64,000 nt of DNA, from contig NC_073377.1 of NCBI RefSeq assembly GCF_028641065.1, positions 160,394,001 to 160,458,000 of the forward strand, in the 5' to 3' direction. The translations under genes and the position numbers were made by a program. The notes under the pieces are model-generated. The model worked only from the letters and a program-made list of their open reading frames with translations, did not search any database and was not told the DNA's origin. The stretch comes from Leucoraja erinacea (taxonomy: Eukaryota). Numbering within the stretch: position 1 is the stretch's first letter; every line of letters begins with the position of its first letter. Positions 25,294 to 38,680 of this stretch are shown here, piece after piece.

Positions 25294-25509
25294 TCCTGGA
25301 ATGTTTATGCCTATAAAGCAACCAAAATTAATTAACAAGAGGCATTACATGATCACAAACAAATGATGCCATTGTCTCCTACATTAACAAAATCTAAAAT
25401 CAGATAGTAAAAAACTACCTGCTAAAGTGTTGGAGGATAATTTTGAGGCACTCACTGCTAATTCAGAGTCCTTGGGGTGCATTTGCAGCAATAAGAGCAG
25501 CAATGGAAT

Positions 25510-25861
25510 CATAGAAACATATAAATTAGGTGCAGGAGTAGGCCATTCGGCCCTTCGAGCCTGCACCACCATTCAATATGATCATGGCTGATCATCCAAC
25601 CCGTACCTGCCTTCTCTCCATACCCCCTGATCCCCTTAGCCACAAGGGCCAGATCTAACTCCCTCTTAAATATAGCCAATGAACTGGCCTCAACTACCCT
25701 CTGTGGCAGAGAGTTCCAGAGATTCACCACTCTCTGTGTGAAAAAAAGTTCTCCTCATCTCGGTTTTAAAGGATTTCCCCCTTATCCTTAAGCTGTGACC
25801 CCTTGTCCTGGACTTCCCCAACATCGGGAACAATCTTCCTGCATCTAGCCTGTCCAACCCC
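25510..25861 (-). mobile_element. CR1 3' fragment
   Basis: VNLWNSLPQRVVEASSLAIFKRELD; CATAGAAA tail. Confidence 0.9.
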
Positions 25862-27128
25862 TCATCACTGAAAGGGGCCGTACAAAGTAATTCTGACAGT
25901 GCTGTTGTGCTGGGAAGGTAGTGTGAAACCCTGTCCTCCCAGTTGCTGCATCTGTAGTACAGAAATCATATAGCAATGACTTGCCGTTCATGAGGGTTGG
26001 TGTTTGGTGGGTCAGGGTGAGTGGTGCGGCTGCTCAGTTCAATGGCTGGTACATTTCAGTAGAAGCAATTAGTGGGAAGTGGCAACACCAGCCACACCAT
26101 GGGCAGACTGCTATGGTACGGGCTTACTTGACAAAGTTAACATTCAACTTGGTTGGAAGCAATGTGTTTCAGTGCATCAAAGAATACCCATCCCATGGGC
26201 ACTGGGCAGGAAGGAGCTAAAGTATGATTTCCAAACCTCGCTTTTGCACAACAACCCGTTTACATCACAGCATGGATACTAATATATTATCACCAATCAC
26301 TCATTTTTCACTCAATCTGTGTTGGCCCAGATTTGGAGGATACAGCCACTGGTGTAATCCCACTGATGTTTCACTTGGGATCAAAGATCAACTCTGGAAT
26401 CTCCATGTCCCTATGGTTCAGTAAACCACCTTTCAATCCATTTATCCTCTCAGGCACCACGAAGACAGTTAACACCAATATCTACAAACACATCCCAATC
26501 TCATACTTAATATTGTTTGTAATTAGTTGTGCAACTAATCTTTAGTTTTAATCTAATATAAATGTGACAGCCAACCCTAAATCACTTGGTTCATAAATTG
26601 AATTAAAAAAAATTGAAGCCTAATAATAAATGGTAAATAAAGCTTGAAATGGGACAATATTAACCGTGTAACATTCAAAACTTAAAGGAACCGTGTACTG
26701 CTGTGTTTCTACCTTTATCATCCAATTCAGTAATACGAAAGGCTCTTGGTTTCTTTAGCGTTTCTCTTGGGTTAATAATCAAACATGATAACAGGATTTG
26801 ATGTTTTAAGCACTTTATGTGACAGCAGCATGTCCCAAATAAATATTCTTGGATTAAAGTCACTGCTGTAATCAGATGCCGATGCAATGTGCACAGAGCA
26901 ATCAGCTGGCCTAAATCGTCTATTTATTTAAATAATACTAACTGTGTGATCATTCCTGAACACCAAAAGATTATCCCCATGATGATCTATATAAAAGGCA
27001 CTTTGAATATTAACTATACTGATGGAAGCAGAACTGTATTGGGTATTCACCAATGGAAAGAAAGCTTTAAATGTGAAGAGATTTCAATTCAACATGTTTT
27101 GTGGCAGAAATGGGATTCTGACACTCAC

Positions 27129-27339
27129 CTTGCAATGTCTGTAAACACTGTCCGGTTTTGATGTCCCAGATTTTCACAGTGGAATCTGCATTACCAGACA
27201 CTAGAGTGTTGTCCTTCAGTTCCATCCCACTTGTTAATGACTGATGTCCTGTTAGCGTGTGAATACAATTCCCAGTCTCCACGTCCCATACACGGATAGA
27301 GGTATCCAGTGAACCACTTACTACATGGATGCCGTCAAA
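27129..27339 (-). CDS. FBXW7: FBXW7 WD40 exon (FDGIHVVSGSLDTSIRVWD...GQCLQTLQ), 211 nt
   Basis: ttgcag|TTTGAC...TTGCAAG|gtgagt. Confidence 0.97.
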
Positions 27340-29053
27340 CTGCAATATCAAGGGGAAGAAGCACATCATCTTCTGTCAGACTGACAAGGCGAATTGAAGA
27401 AAATACCAAATAGTTTGCAATGTATTTTCATCTGCCTTGTAACAACATTTTATATAATAGTACAACATACACTGAACCAATGTCAATGTCAAAGAGACAA
27501 GGACCTGCAAGATATGTACAAGAGAACGTTATAATTGGTCTGTCTTAGATCAGTGAGAAATGAAGCATAGCCAGATTCTGGGAAATGGATAATTGGAGCT
27601 TGCTTTGGTAAACAGTGATCAGAATATCATTGGTATAAAAGCACTTAACTGGCTAACTTCAGGAAGGGAACCAACCTGGAATGAACTGGAATAAAATAAA
27701 AGAAGAATGGGAGGCATTTAAAGAGGTAATGGTTTGAATACTCAGATTTACATTACAGGGAAAGGAAGGCTATGCAGTTAGAACTCCAAATAAAACTAAT
27801 TAAAAGCTAAAAGACGACAGAAAAGGAAGGATTATGACATTAATAAGATTCATAATATGTTATAAATCGATGGAAAGTCATCAACCTGAACTGTTAACCC
27901 AGTTTCTCTCTCTGTGGATGCTGCCTGACTTGATATTTCTCCTACTTTGTTCTAGATATCTGGAGTTGGCATTTGCAATGGTTTGTTTTTGAATATTGCA
28001 AATACATAGGACATTTAAAAAAGGGACTAATAGAAGCAAAGTAAATGAGAATAGATTAGCGACCAACATTGTAGTGCACAATATGCAATCTGCAGGCCAC
28101 ATCAGACTCTCAGGATGGATCCATCTGTTGTACACTTGCTATCTCCCCAGCCCTGCTCCTGTGCCTTCTGGCCCCTCATCATGCAAGCTGCTCTCACTGT
28201 GAGCTTGCCAAAAGTCCTCTTGATGAGCCCAGCCTCTTGCAAGGAGACCAAGGGTAAGGATGTGGACTGCAGGAGGAGCAGTATAAAAGCAGCAGCTGAA
28301 GATGGAAATATTGGACTCCACTGTTCTGCTGTCTGTCCTATCCCCACAACTCACCCAACGCCAGAATCTCTTGAGTTCAGGGATGAGACACTAAGTAACC
28401 ATTTGGCCTAGTATAATCTTCTGGCCCAGAGTCAAAATCCAGTACTGTACTAGTGGGCATATTCCTGCCATTGTAAAGTAGTTATAGTACATGTAGGAAC
28501 ACATCTCTTATTACATAACAGGGATTAAAACTGTGGTGGGCACAGGTCTTTCACTGTATAATACAAGGGTACAGTATGGATGTTCAACGATCTGGCAAGT
28601 GCAAGGACAAACAGAGATATTTTGAGTGGACCATTGCGGGGGCATCAAATGGAGCAGTAAGTGGGTCATAGAGTGAGTGTGGAAACAGGCCCTTCGGCCC
28701 AACTTGCCCACACCGGCCAACATGTCCCAGCTACACTACTCCCACCTGCCTGCGTTTGGTCCATATCCCTCTAAACCTGTCCTGTCCATGTACCTATCTA
28801 ACCGTTTCAAGTTGGGGAGCAAGACGGCAGAAGATGCAGTGGTTTGGTGATAAGAGTAACCAGTAAAAGGGCAGCAGGAACCAAGGCTATGTGTTATTAA
28901 ACATGGCAAAAAATATTAGTGATTAAACAGCAAATCTGCAGATAGAAATATTCAGCAGCCAGGCAGCATCTGCAGAGAGAGCATCAGAGCTACAACATTT
29001 CACATCGATGACCCATCACCAGAACTGAAAAAGTGAGAAAAACAATAGCTTTA

Positions 29054-29578
29054 AGGGGCTGTCCCACTTGGACGACCTAATCCACGAGTTTAGAAGACCC
29101 TAGATGAGTTGAAAAAAATGTCAAGGTCGTGTTGACTCGCCGAAGTAAATGACCTCCTACGACTTTGTCTACGACTATGTCTACGACCTCCTTCGACCTC
29201 AGTCTTCCACACCTAAGACCAACTACGACTAGCTACGAGTGGAAAATTTCACATGATAAAATGTCATGTTTGCATTTTTTTCCCTCAGGCCAGTTACTGA
29301 CCTAAGATTACCTACGACTACCATCACGACCTACCTACGAGTAAAAAGTATCAATTCTTTCCATGCCAACCTTTTTTCTTTTTTTTTTTTAAACTCGTGG
29401 ACATTTTTTTATCAGGCTGGAAAAAACGCCGCGACCTACTTGAGGCCACGAGTAAGCGGAGACCACTCACAAGCATGAGGAAGAGTTACGAAGACTTCCC
29501 GCGACCATGCTGCGAGTACGAGTCAAGGGCAAACTCGGCAGAGGTCGCCAATTAGGTCGTGAAAGTGGGACAGGGGCT
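29054..29578. mobile_element. PIF/Harbinger-type MITE
   Basis: AGGGGCTGTCCCAC...GTGGGACAGGGGCT; flanks TTA / TCA; interior repeats of CTACGAC. Confidence 0.65.
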
Positions 29579-30024
29579 TCAAGATGCAGGGAGGCATAGA
29601 GAGAACAAATGGCATGTCTGTGATGGAGTAACTTCACCTGCTCCTCTCTATGCTGTTATTACTAGAAATATCTGCATCCAATTATGTAGTGTTAAATTAA
29701 AAGCTCTTTATCGGGAGTGACCCTCAGAAGTAGTTTGGGATTACAAATATTCCTAACTGTTCAAGTACTAGTCGCTAAGAAAATGCAACTTTTATGGTCT
29801 GTTTTAGAAGGTAAAATATTCAAGAGTACGGGGTTGATGAGATTCTAGAAAGCATAACATCATAAATAAAGCACATGCTGACAATATACCTTTGGACACG
29901 GCAGTAATGATATTGCACAGCTCAAACATTAAGGCTGCTAATTAAGTCATGAATATGATTAAAAGTAAACTAGTCCATTTTAAGGAAAACTATTGCACAA
30001 TAACTCACAACGGCCCAACAAGAA

Positions 30025-30822
30025 AAACATAGAAAAAAGGTGCAGGAGTAGGCCATTCGGCCCTTCGAGCCTGCACCGCCATTCAATATGATAATGGCTG
30101 ATCATCCAACTCAGTATCCCGTACCTGCCTTTTCTCCATACCCCCTGATCCCTTTAGCCACATCTAACTCCCTCTTAAATATAGCCAAATGAGCTAGCCT
30201 CAACTACCTTCTGTGGCAGAGAATTCCACAGATTCACCACTCTCTGTGTGAAAAATGTTTTTCTCATCTCGGTCCTAAAAGACTTCCCCCTTATCCTCAA
30301 ACTGTGACCCCTTGTTCTGGGCTTCCCCGACATCGGGAACAATCTTCCTGCATCTAGCCTGTCCAACCTATTAAGAATTTTGTAAGTTTCTATCAGATCC
30401 CCCCTCAATCTTCTAAATTCTAGCGAGTACAAGTCGAGTCTATCCAGTCTTTCTTCATATGAAAGTCCTGCCATCCCAGGAATCAGTCTGGTGAACCTTC
30501 TCTGTACTCCCTCTATGGCAAGAAAGTCTTTCCTCAGATTAGGAGACCAAAACTGTAAGCAATACTACAGGTGTGGTCTCACTAAGACCCTGTACAACTG
30601 CAGTAGAACCTCCCTGCTCTTATACTCAAATCCTTTTGCTATGAATGCTAACATACCATTCGTTTTCTTCACTGCCTGCTGCACCTGCATGCCTACTTTC
30701 AATGACTGGTGTACCATGACACCCAGGTCTCGTTGCATCTCCCCTTTTCCTAATCGGCCACCATTCAGATCATAGTCTACTTTCCTGTTTTTGCCACCAA
30801 AGTGGATAACCTCACATTTATC
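30025..30822 (-). mobile_element. CR1 3' fragment
   Basis: ORFs 30175..30474 and 30565..30861 (KCEVIHFG...RDLGVMVH). Confidence 0.9.
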
Positions 30823-32683
30823 CTCTTTGTTATCAACTACGTTATCTTGTGAATTGGTCACTCAGCCCTCCACCCACTACCACATGGGCCAGAACAAGTC
30901 ATCCATCCCATGTTGAATCGGCTCCTCACAAACTACACTAGAATTTTCCTACAGCCCAGCTATTTCACCAACCCAACCTTGATCCACAACGCTATTGGGT
31001 GGCAGGAGCAAAGGGAATGGCAGAGTCAGAAACAAAATATGTGAATAAGCCACAAAAAGTGGCAGGGCGGGGAGGGGAGACAGATCGAGGGGCAACAAAG
31101 TGATGGGGGAGTGATGAGAGGGCAAACATGTGGGCAGATTACCCAACTGTGATGCGCAGCATTGAAGAGCAACGAGATCAGAGAGGTAGAGGGGGCTTGG
31201 TCAGGGGAAAGTGATATAAAACTAAAGGGATTTTCAGAAGGAAAGGATAAGAAAAGAAGGATAACCAGATTCATGCACCTTGACAAAGGGATATTCACTG
31301 TCTGGTGAATTGTGGTGGGAGTGAATTTGGAGCAATTAGCCTGGCTACAGCACTTGTGGGAATCTCTCCCCATCATTTATGCTCTCCCTTCTTGTCTATC
31401 CCTCCCCTTGCAGTATCTCATTGAGAAAGAAACCGATTGGAAATGCTTAGCAGTGAGTATAACAACCTATTTGATGATTAGCACACCGTCACCAAGATAA
31501 CCATAAGAGGCCTAAATTGGAATCATGTAAAATGTTAAGGATGATGTTGAGGAGGTAGTTACAGAGATAGAGAAAGTCCACAGAAAGATTTGAAAATGAG
31601 CAGAATTTAAATTGCATCATTAGTGCTGGCGGAGCCAAAGTGTTTTCTTTTGAATCATTCAAAATTGGTTCTTTATTATTTAACAGTACAATTAGAACAA
31701 TGATTAAATAATTATTTCCCCCAAAAGCTTGACGAATCACAATTATTTTTTGTACAGCTCCATAGTCGATACAATATCAGATAAAATGAACGAAAGTAGC
31801 GAAACCTTTAGAGAGAATTCTCCGAGACAAAATTAATCGGCTGCATTCATCAAAGTACCACTATTTCTGTCTCCCAACTAACTTGGAATATAAAGTTTGA
31901 ATTAGGAGTTGCATCATCTGTTGCCACAAAACACCATTGATCCAACGCTAATGCTACGATATACGAGAGGGGCCGATTGATTAGCAACAGCAGTCAGTTG
32001 TTAACTTGAAAGTAATTTTATTATAATTCTAATCCATGAAGATTGTGCTCGTAAATAGAACATATTTCCAGAGCCTATAAGATTATCTCCCATTTCTCTT
32101 CAGTGCGACCAGCCAAGCATTGTTAAAAGGATCCTGACGAGAACATTTGTTATTTTTAAGTAATTGAAAATCAACTCAGATCAGAGTAAATCGCATTTGC
32201 AACCAATTCCAGGTCAAATCACACCAACTCATTTGTGCACTCCTAAAGCCCAGTTCAATTTCCATTTCAATGGCATACATGATGATGAAATTCCTCATGC
32301 AAAGTCCCGTCTACAGCACTACGGGGCAATTTGGATTGCGATATCTTGGCGTTGTCTACTGAAGGGTACTCCAAAACCAATTTCATCAACTAAGTTATTG
32401 AGAAATTTACATCTTCTCCTCTCCAAAAACTAATTGGAATCCCTACAATCACCCCAAACTCCTTCCCATTCAAATATACAGCATTATCATGATGCGCTAA
32501 CTGACTAGCCATGTGCATGTCCAACTTGCAAAACACTGCAGAGCTGCTTGGCTAGCCTCTTCAACCCTGGGGAGATCAGCCATTTCCAGCTCCTAAACTC
32601 CATTTCCAAATCCCCCACCCACTCACAAGCTGTACTCCAGCCCTGGACTCTGACTAGTTTGGTAGCCAATCTCCTGCATCCGT

Positions 32684-33147
32684 CATAGAAACATAGAACA
32701 TAGGTGCAGGAGGAGGCCATTCGGCCCTACGAGCCAGCACCGCCATTCATTGTGATCATGGCTGATCGTCCCCTATCAATAACCCGTGCCTGCCTTCTTC
32801 CCATATCCCTCGACTCCACTAGCCCCTAGAGCTCTATCTCTCTCTCTCTTAAATCCATCCAGTGACTTGGGCTCCACTGCCCTCTGTGGCAGGGAATTCC
32901 ATAAATTCACAACTCTCTGGGTGAAAAAGTTTTTTCTCACCCCAGTCTTAAATGACCTCCCCTGTATTCTAAGACTGTGGCCCCTGGTTCTGGACTCGCC
33001 CAACATTGGGAATTTTTTTTTCCTGCATCTAGCTTGTCCAGTCCTTTTATAATTTTATATGTTTCTATAAGATACCCCCTCATCCTTCTAAACTCCAGTG
33101 AATACAAGCCTAGTCTTTTCAACCTTTCCTCATATGGCAGTCCCGCA
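32684..33147 (-). mobile_element. CR1 3' fragment
   Basis: ORFs 32776..33006 and 32937..33158; CATAGAAA tail. Confidence 0.9.
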
Positions 33148-33559
33148 TCACAGAACAATGCTCCACTGGGGGTCTATTACTATGGTCTACATGGAACAAT
33201 AGAGTATCCATGTGTCAAGCAGTCTACCTATTTGTAAACGATGCACCATCTGTAGACACAAGAGTATGCTGGAACTTTGATTAAAGAAACAAGTGCCAGG
33301 GGAACTCACGAGTCTAGCAGCGTCAGTGGAGGGGATGGACAGGGGTCGGCATCCTTCTTCAGATACGAACCATCACCTATCCATTCCCTCCACAAACGTT
33401 GCCTGGCCCGCTGAGCTCCTCCAGCACTTTGAGATTTGCTCAAAATTTCAGCATCTGTAGTTCTTTGCGCCCCCAACAACTTAATTCTTTTTCGGCAGTA
33501 CACAAAAATGAAAATGGTTCAAAAGAGAAACTATGAAAATGATGACTCCAGTTTCTTAC

Positions 33560-33785
33560 CTGTAATGAATAGACTCTGTTGGTGTGTCCCTGTAACGTAT
33601 GCAGACAGGTTTCTGTTTCAGGATCCCATACTTTAACCATGAAATCGTACGCCCCACTAACAACTCTCCGCCCATCATACTGCACACAACGCACTGCGGC
33701 CACGTGCCCCATCAACACGTGCAGGCACTGTCCTGTTTCAATATCCCAGACACGAAGAGTAGCATCTCGAGATCCACTCACAACT
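33560..33785 (-). CDS. FBXW7: FBXW7 WD40 exon (VVSGSRDATLRVWDIETGQ...GHTNRVYSLQ), 226 nt
   Basis: ttgcag|AGTTGTG...TTACAG|gtaaga; phosphodegron-binding arginines equivalent to human R479 (GSRD) and R505 (AVRC) are intact. Confidence 0.97.
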
Positions 33786-33854
33786 CTGCAATGTTGAACA
33801 AAAAGCCACTGTGTTAGGGGTGTTATAGATCAGGTTGTTAACCAAATAACAGAT

Positions 33855-34236
33855 ATGTAGGGAAGGAACTGCAGATGCCGCTTTAAACTGAAGATAGACA
33901 CAAAATGCTGGAGTAACTCAGTGGGACAGGCAGCATCTCTGGAGAGAAGGAATGGGTGGCGTTTCGGGTCGAGACCCTTCTTCAGACAGAAAGTCACAGG
34001 AAAGGGAAACAAGAGAGAGAGATAGACAATGATGAAGAGAGATATAGAACAAATGAATGAATGATATGCAAAAAAGTGACAATGATAAATGAAACAGGCC
34101 ATTGTTAACCGTAGCTAGGTGATAATGAATGAAAGATGGTGTGACTTGGATGGGGGGGAGAGAAGGATAGAGGGTTACTTGAAGTTAGAGAAATCAATAT
34201 TCATACTCTTGGGTTGTAAGCTGCCCAAGCAAAATT
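33855..34236 (-). mobile_element. Penelope-like element 3' part (ORF end plus terminal repeat with hammerhead core 33954-33987)
   Basis: Minus strand LGSLQPKSMNIDFSNFK* (PLE C-terminus), then GTCTGAAGAAGGGTCTCGACCCGAAACGCCACC. Confidence 0.75.
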
Positions 34237-34304
34237 GACATGTCAAACCAAATATAGAGGATAGACAAAAGTGCTGGAGAAACTCATATTCATAGAAACT
34301 CAAG

Positions 34305-34922
34305 ATTCATAGCAAAATGATTTGAGTATAGGAGCAGGGAGGTTCTACTGCAGTTGTACAGGGTCTTGGTGAGACCACATCTGGAGTATTGCGTACAGTT
34401 TTGGTCTCCAAATCTGGGGAAGGACATTATTGCCATAGAGGGTTCACCAGACTGATTCCTGGGATTTCAGGACTGTCTTATGAAGAAAGACTGGATAGAC
34501 TTGGTTTATACTCTCTAGAATTTAGGAGATTGAGAGGGGATCTTATAGAAACTTACAAAATTCTTAAGGGGTTGGACAGGCTAGATGCAGGAATATTGTT
34601 CCCTATGTTGGGGAAGTCCAGGACAAGAGGTCACAGCTTAAGGATAAGGGGGAAATCCTTTAAAACCGAGATGAGAAGAAATGTTTTCACACAGAGAGTG
34701 GTGAATTTCTGGAACTCTCTGCCGCAGAGGGTAGTCGAGGCCAGTTCATTGGCTATATTTAAGAGGGAGTTAGATGTGGCCCTTGTGGCTAAGGGGATCA
34801 GAGGGTATGGAGAGAAGGCAGGTACGGGATACTGAGTTGGATGATCAGCCATGATCATATTGAATGGCGGTGCAGGCTCGAAGGGCCGAATGGCCTACTC
34901 CTGCACCTAATTTCTATGTTTC
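34305..34922 (+). mobile_element. CR1 3' fragment inserted into a Penelope fold-back (34260-35008)
   Basis: ORF 34389..34835; TTTCTATG tail; AAACTCA duplicated at both junctions. Confidence 0.9.
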
Positions 34923-35136
34923 TAAACTCAGCGGGTGCAGCAGTAACGGAGTTTCTCCAGCACTTTTGTCTACCTTTGATTTTCCAGCATCTACTGTTCC
35001 TTCTTAAAAACCAAATAGAGATGTCAGTTTGTTTCAAATTATATCCAATACATTAGAGAGCTTTCATGCTGTTTACCGATACAATTTGGAATGTCGAGGA
35101 ACATTGTCACCTCTGTAATTAGAGGTATAATCTGAC

Positions 35137-35318
35137 CTGTTTTCGTGGAGGTGCATACAACGCACAGTAGAGGTGTGACCATATAGTGTATGAATACATT
35201 CTCCAGAATCTGCATTCCATACTTTCAATGTGCGGTCAGTGGATCCACTAATGATGATATTGCCTCTCATTTGGGATGACCAGACACCACCAGTGTGCCC
35301 CACTAACGTTCTTAAACA
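35137..35318 (-). CDS. FBXW7: FBXW7 WD40 exon ([60 protein letters not shown]), 182 nt
   Basis: cttag|TGTTTA...AACAG|gtcaga; contains the arginine equivalent to human R465 (STVR). Confidence 0.97.
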
Positions 35319-35715
35319 CTAAGTAAATGGGAAAAAAACAAAATAATTAAGTTGTTGTTAATGAAAATAAATTATTTTCAAGTACCAACATAGTCTTCAA
35401 GGTTAAAATTTGCAGGAAATTTATTTTTAATAATTCATTTGCAATTGCATTTCTGTAATTATTACAATATATTATTGGTTATGCATTTGGAAAATTACAC
35501 TGCTGGAAGTGGTGAATACATGCTCTGAATTTTACTTGAGGCAAATAAAGAGTCCATTAAAAAAACGGTTGAAATTTGTTGTCTTATCATCCGTGTGAAG
35601 TTTGCATTCATGGCAACAGCTTCTTAATGCATTCAACAATCAAAATTTAGCTCAACAGACTTCATTCAGACCGAATTTTTTAAATGATGTTGATTATTGA
35701 TATATGTGCATCTTA

Positions 35716-37786
35716 TGGGCCTGTCCCACTTAGGCAATTCTTCAGCGGACTGCCGGCGACCATCAAGTTGCCAGCAGTCGCCTGAAAAAACGCCAACTGG
35801 AACGGCCACTGTCAGAGTGGAACACCCACACACATCACTTCCTTCGCTAGCCTGCGTGAATTGTTTTGACAGCGCTCCCCCAGCTTGCCCCGTCTAAACA
35901 ATTCACACAGTGCAAAGCCAAGGTGATACAGACACGCACCGCGATGAACAGGAAGGTTGGCGCTGTAATTAAGACGGCTAAAGCACAGTGTACGGTACGT
36001 CCTTTAGAAGAGGGGGGGAGAAGAAGGAGTGGAGACAACATTTAAGAAGCAAGAGAAACACGGTTGTGAAGCTCGGCGAACATTTAACTGGTTCTGAAAC
36101 ATAGAAATTAGGTGCAGGAGGAGGCCATTTGGCCCTTCGAGCCTGCACCACCATTCAATATGATCATGGCTGATCATCCAACCCGTACCTGCCTTCTCTC
36201 CATACCCTTAGCCACAAGGGCCAGATCTAACTCCCTCTTAAATATAGCCAATGAACTGGCCTCAACTACCCTCTGTGGCAGGGAGTTCCAGAGATTCACC
36301 ACTCTCTGTGTGAAAAAAGTTTTTCTCATCTTGGTTTTAAAGGATTTTCCCCTTATCCTTAAGCTGTGACCCCTAGTCCTGGACTTCCCCAACATCGGGA
36401 ACAATCTTCCTGCATCTAGCCTGTCCAACCCCTTAAGAATTTTGTAAGTTTCAATAAGATCACCTCTCAATCTCCTAAATTCTAGAGAGTATAAACCAAG
36501 TCTATCCAGTCTTTCTTCATAAGACAGTCCTGACATCCCAGGAATCAGTCTGGTGAACCTTCTCTGCACTCCCTCTAAGGCAATAATGTCCTTCCTCAGA
36601 TTTGGAGACCAAAACTGTACACAATACTCCAGGTGTGGTCTCACCAAGACCCTGTACAACTGCAGTAGAACCTCCATGCTCCTATACTCAAATCCTTTTG
36701 CTATGAAAGCTAACATACCATTCGCTTTCTTCACTGCCTGCTGCACCTGCATGCCTACTTTCAATGACTGGTGTACCATGACACCCAGATCTCGCTGCAT
36801 CTCCCCTTTTCCTAATCGGCCACCATTTAGAGAATAGTCTGCTTTTTGCCACCAAAATGGATAACCTCCCATTTAACCACATTATACTGCTTCTGCCAAA
36901 CATTTGCCCACTCACCCAGCCTATCCAAGTCACCTTGCAGTCTCCTAGCATCCTCCTCACAGCTAACACTGCCCCCCAGCTTAGTGTCATCTGCAAACTT
37001 GGAGATATTGCCTTCATTTCCCTCATCCAGATCATTAATATATATTGTACATAGCTGGGGTCCCAGCACTGAGCCTTGCGGTACCCCACTAGTCACTGCC
37101 TGCCATTGTGAAAAGGACCCGTTTACTCCTACTCTGTGCTTCCTGTTTGCCAGCCAGTTCTCTATCCACCTCAATACTGAACCCCCAATGCCATGTGCTT
37201 TAAGTTTGTATACTAATCTCTTATGTGGGACCTTGTCGAAAGCCTTCTGGAAGTCCAGATACACCACATCCACTGGTTCTCCCCTATCCACGCTACTAGT
37301 TACACCCTCAAAAAATTCTATAAGATTCGTCAGACATGATTTACCTTTCGTAAATCCATGCTGACTTTGTCCAATGATTTCACCACTTTCCAAATGTGCT
37401 GCTATCCCATCTTTAATAACTGACTCTAGCAGTTTCCCCACTAACGATGTTAGACTAACTGGTCTGTAAACGACTGCTTAGCTTTTTTTTCCCCCCCCAA
37501 TGAGCCAATGCAATTCACCGGTCCGCATCAGCTACAACCTACGAGAACCTTCAACCTCCTGGCAACCCATTAGGAACTCCTAGCGACCCACCTACGGCTC
37601 AAGAATTCTCGCTACTCTCCATGGCGGCTTTATTCTAGTCTCCGCTAATTTTTCAAACATGTTGAAAAAATCACGGCGACTAGAATGAGGCCGCGACTAG
37701 TTCCCAGAATGCGGGAACTCCTCACGGACCACGAAGGCGACTCCCCGGCAACCACCCGCGAACATGTGGCGACATAGACAGGCCCA
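35716..37786. mobile_element. PIF/Harbinger-type non-autonomous element split by a CR1
   Basis: TTA|TGGGCCTGTC...GACAGGCCCA|TTA; perfect 3-bp TSD. Confidence 0.75.
36096..37469 (-). mobile_element. CR1 LINE fragment with a nearly intact reverse transcriptase domain
   Basis: ORFs 36827..37441 (QHGF, YLDFQKAFD, GVPQGSVLGP, FADD) and 36174..36872, joined by one frameshift. Confidence 0.95.
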
Positions 37787-38055
37787 TTAGGCATCAAAAC
37801 AAAATGAAAATTGTACTAACAATCATCAGGCTCGAAAATGCAGAACACAAACTCTTTTTAGTTTATCTTATTTCCTCGACAGCCAAACTTTACTTCCCGA
37901 GTTATGATTAACAAGAATTTTTTTTTAACTACATAAGTTTGTGCATTGTTCTAATTTTTCTAAAGATCTTCCAATTACTAAAACTTACAGGTATATTAGG
38001 AATCAAAATAAAACAAATCAGCAAAATGGAGTTATCAACTCGGGTAAATGATTTT

Positions 38056-38563
38056 AACCATATAACCATATAACAATTACAGCACGGAAACAGGCCATCT
38101 CGGCCCTACAAGTCCGTGCGGAACAAATTTTTTTCCCCTTAGTCCCACCTGCCTGCACTCATACCATAACCCTCCATTCCCTTCTCATCCATATGCCTAT
38201 CCAATTTATTTTTAAATGATACCAATGAAACTGCCTCCACCACTTCCACTGGAAGCTCATTCCACACCGCTACCACTCTCTGAGTAAAGAAGTTCCCCCT
38301 CATATTACCCTTAAACTTCTGTCCCTTAATTCTGAAGTCATGTCCTCTTGTTTGAATCTTCCCTATTCTCAAAGGGAAAAGCTTGTCCACATCAACTCTG
38401 TCTATCCCTCTCATCATTTTAAAGACCTCTATCACGTCCCCCCTTAACCTTCTGCGCTCCAGAGAATAAAGACCTAACTTATTCAACCTATCTCTGTAAC
38501 TTAGTTGTTGAAACCCAGGCAACATTCTAGTAAATCTCCTCTGTACTCTCTCTATTTTGTTGA
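38056..38563 (-). mobile_element. CR1 3' fragment, (GGTTATAT)n-tail subfamily
   Basis: ORF 38139..38525, paralog of 563..949. Confidence 0.9.
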
Positions 38564-38680
38564 CAAAATATTTTTACATGGAACCGATTCTAATTAGTTG
38601 AAATAGATTTCCAGCATTTGCAAAATTTGGCATTTGACTTAAGAAGTAATCATGAAATATGTGGAACTGAAGAGATGTAC

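Noticed and set aside
29100-29560. Short repeated CTACGAC words as a CRISPR-like array
   Set aside because: Eukaryotic DNA, irregular spacing, no repeat-spacer structure; lies inside a TIR element
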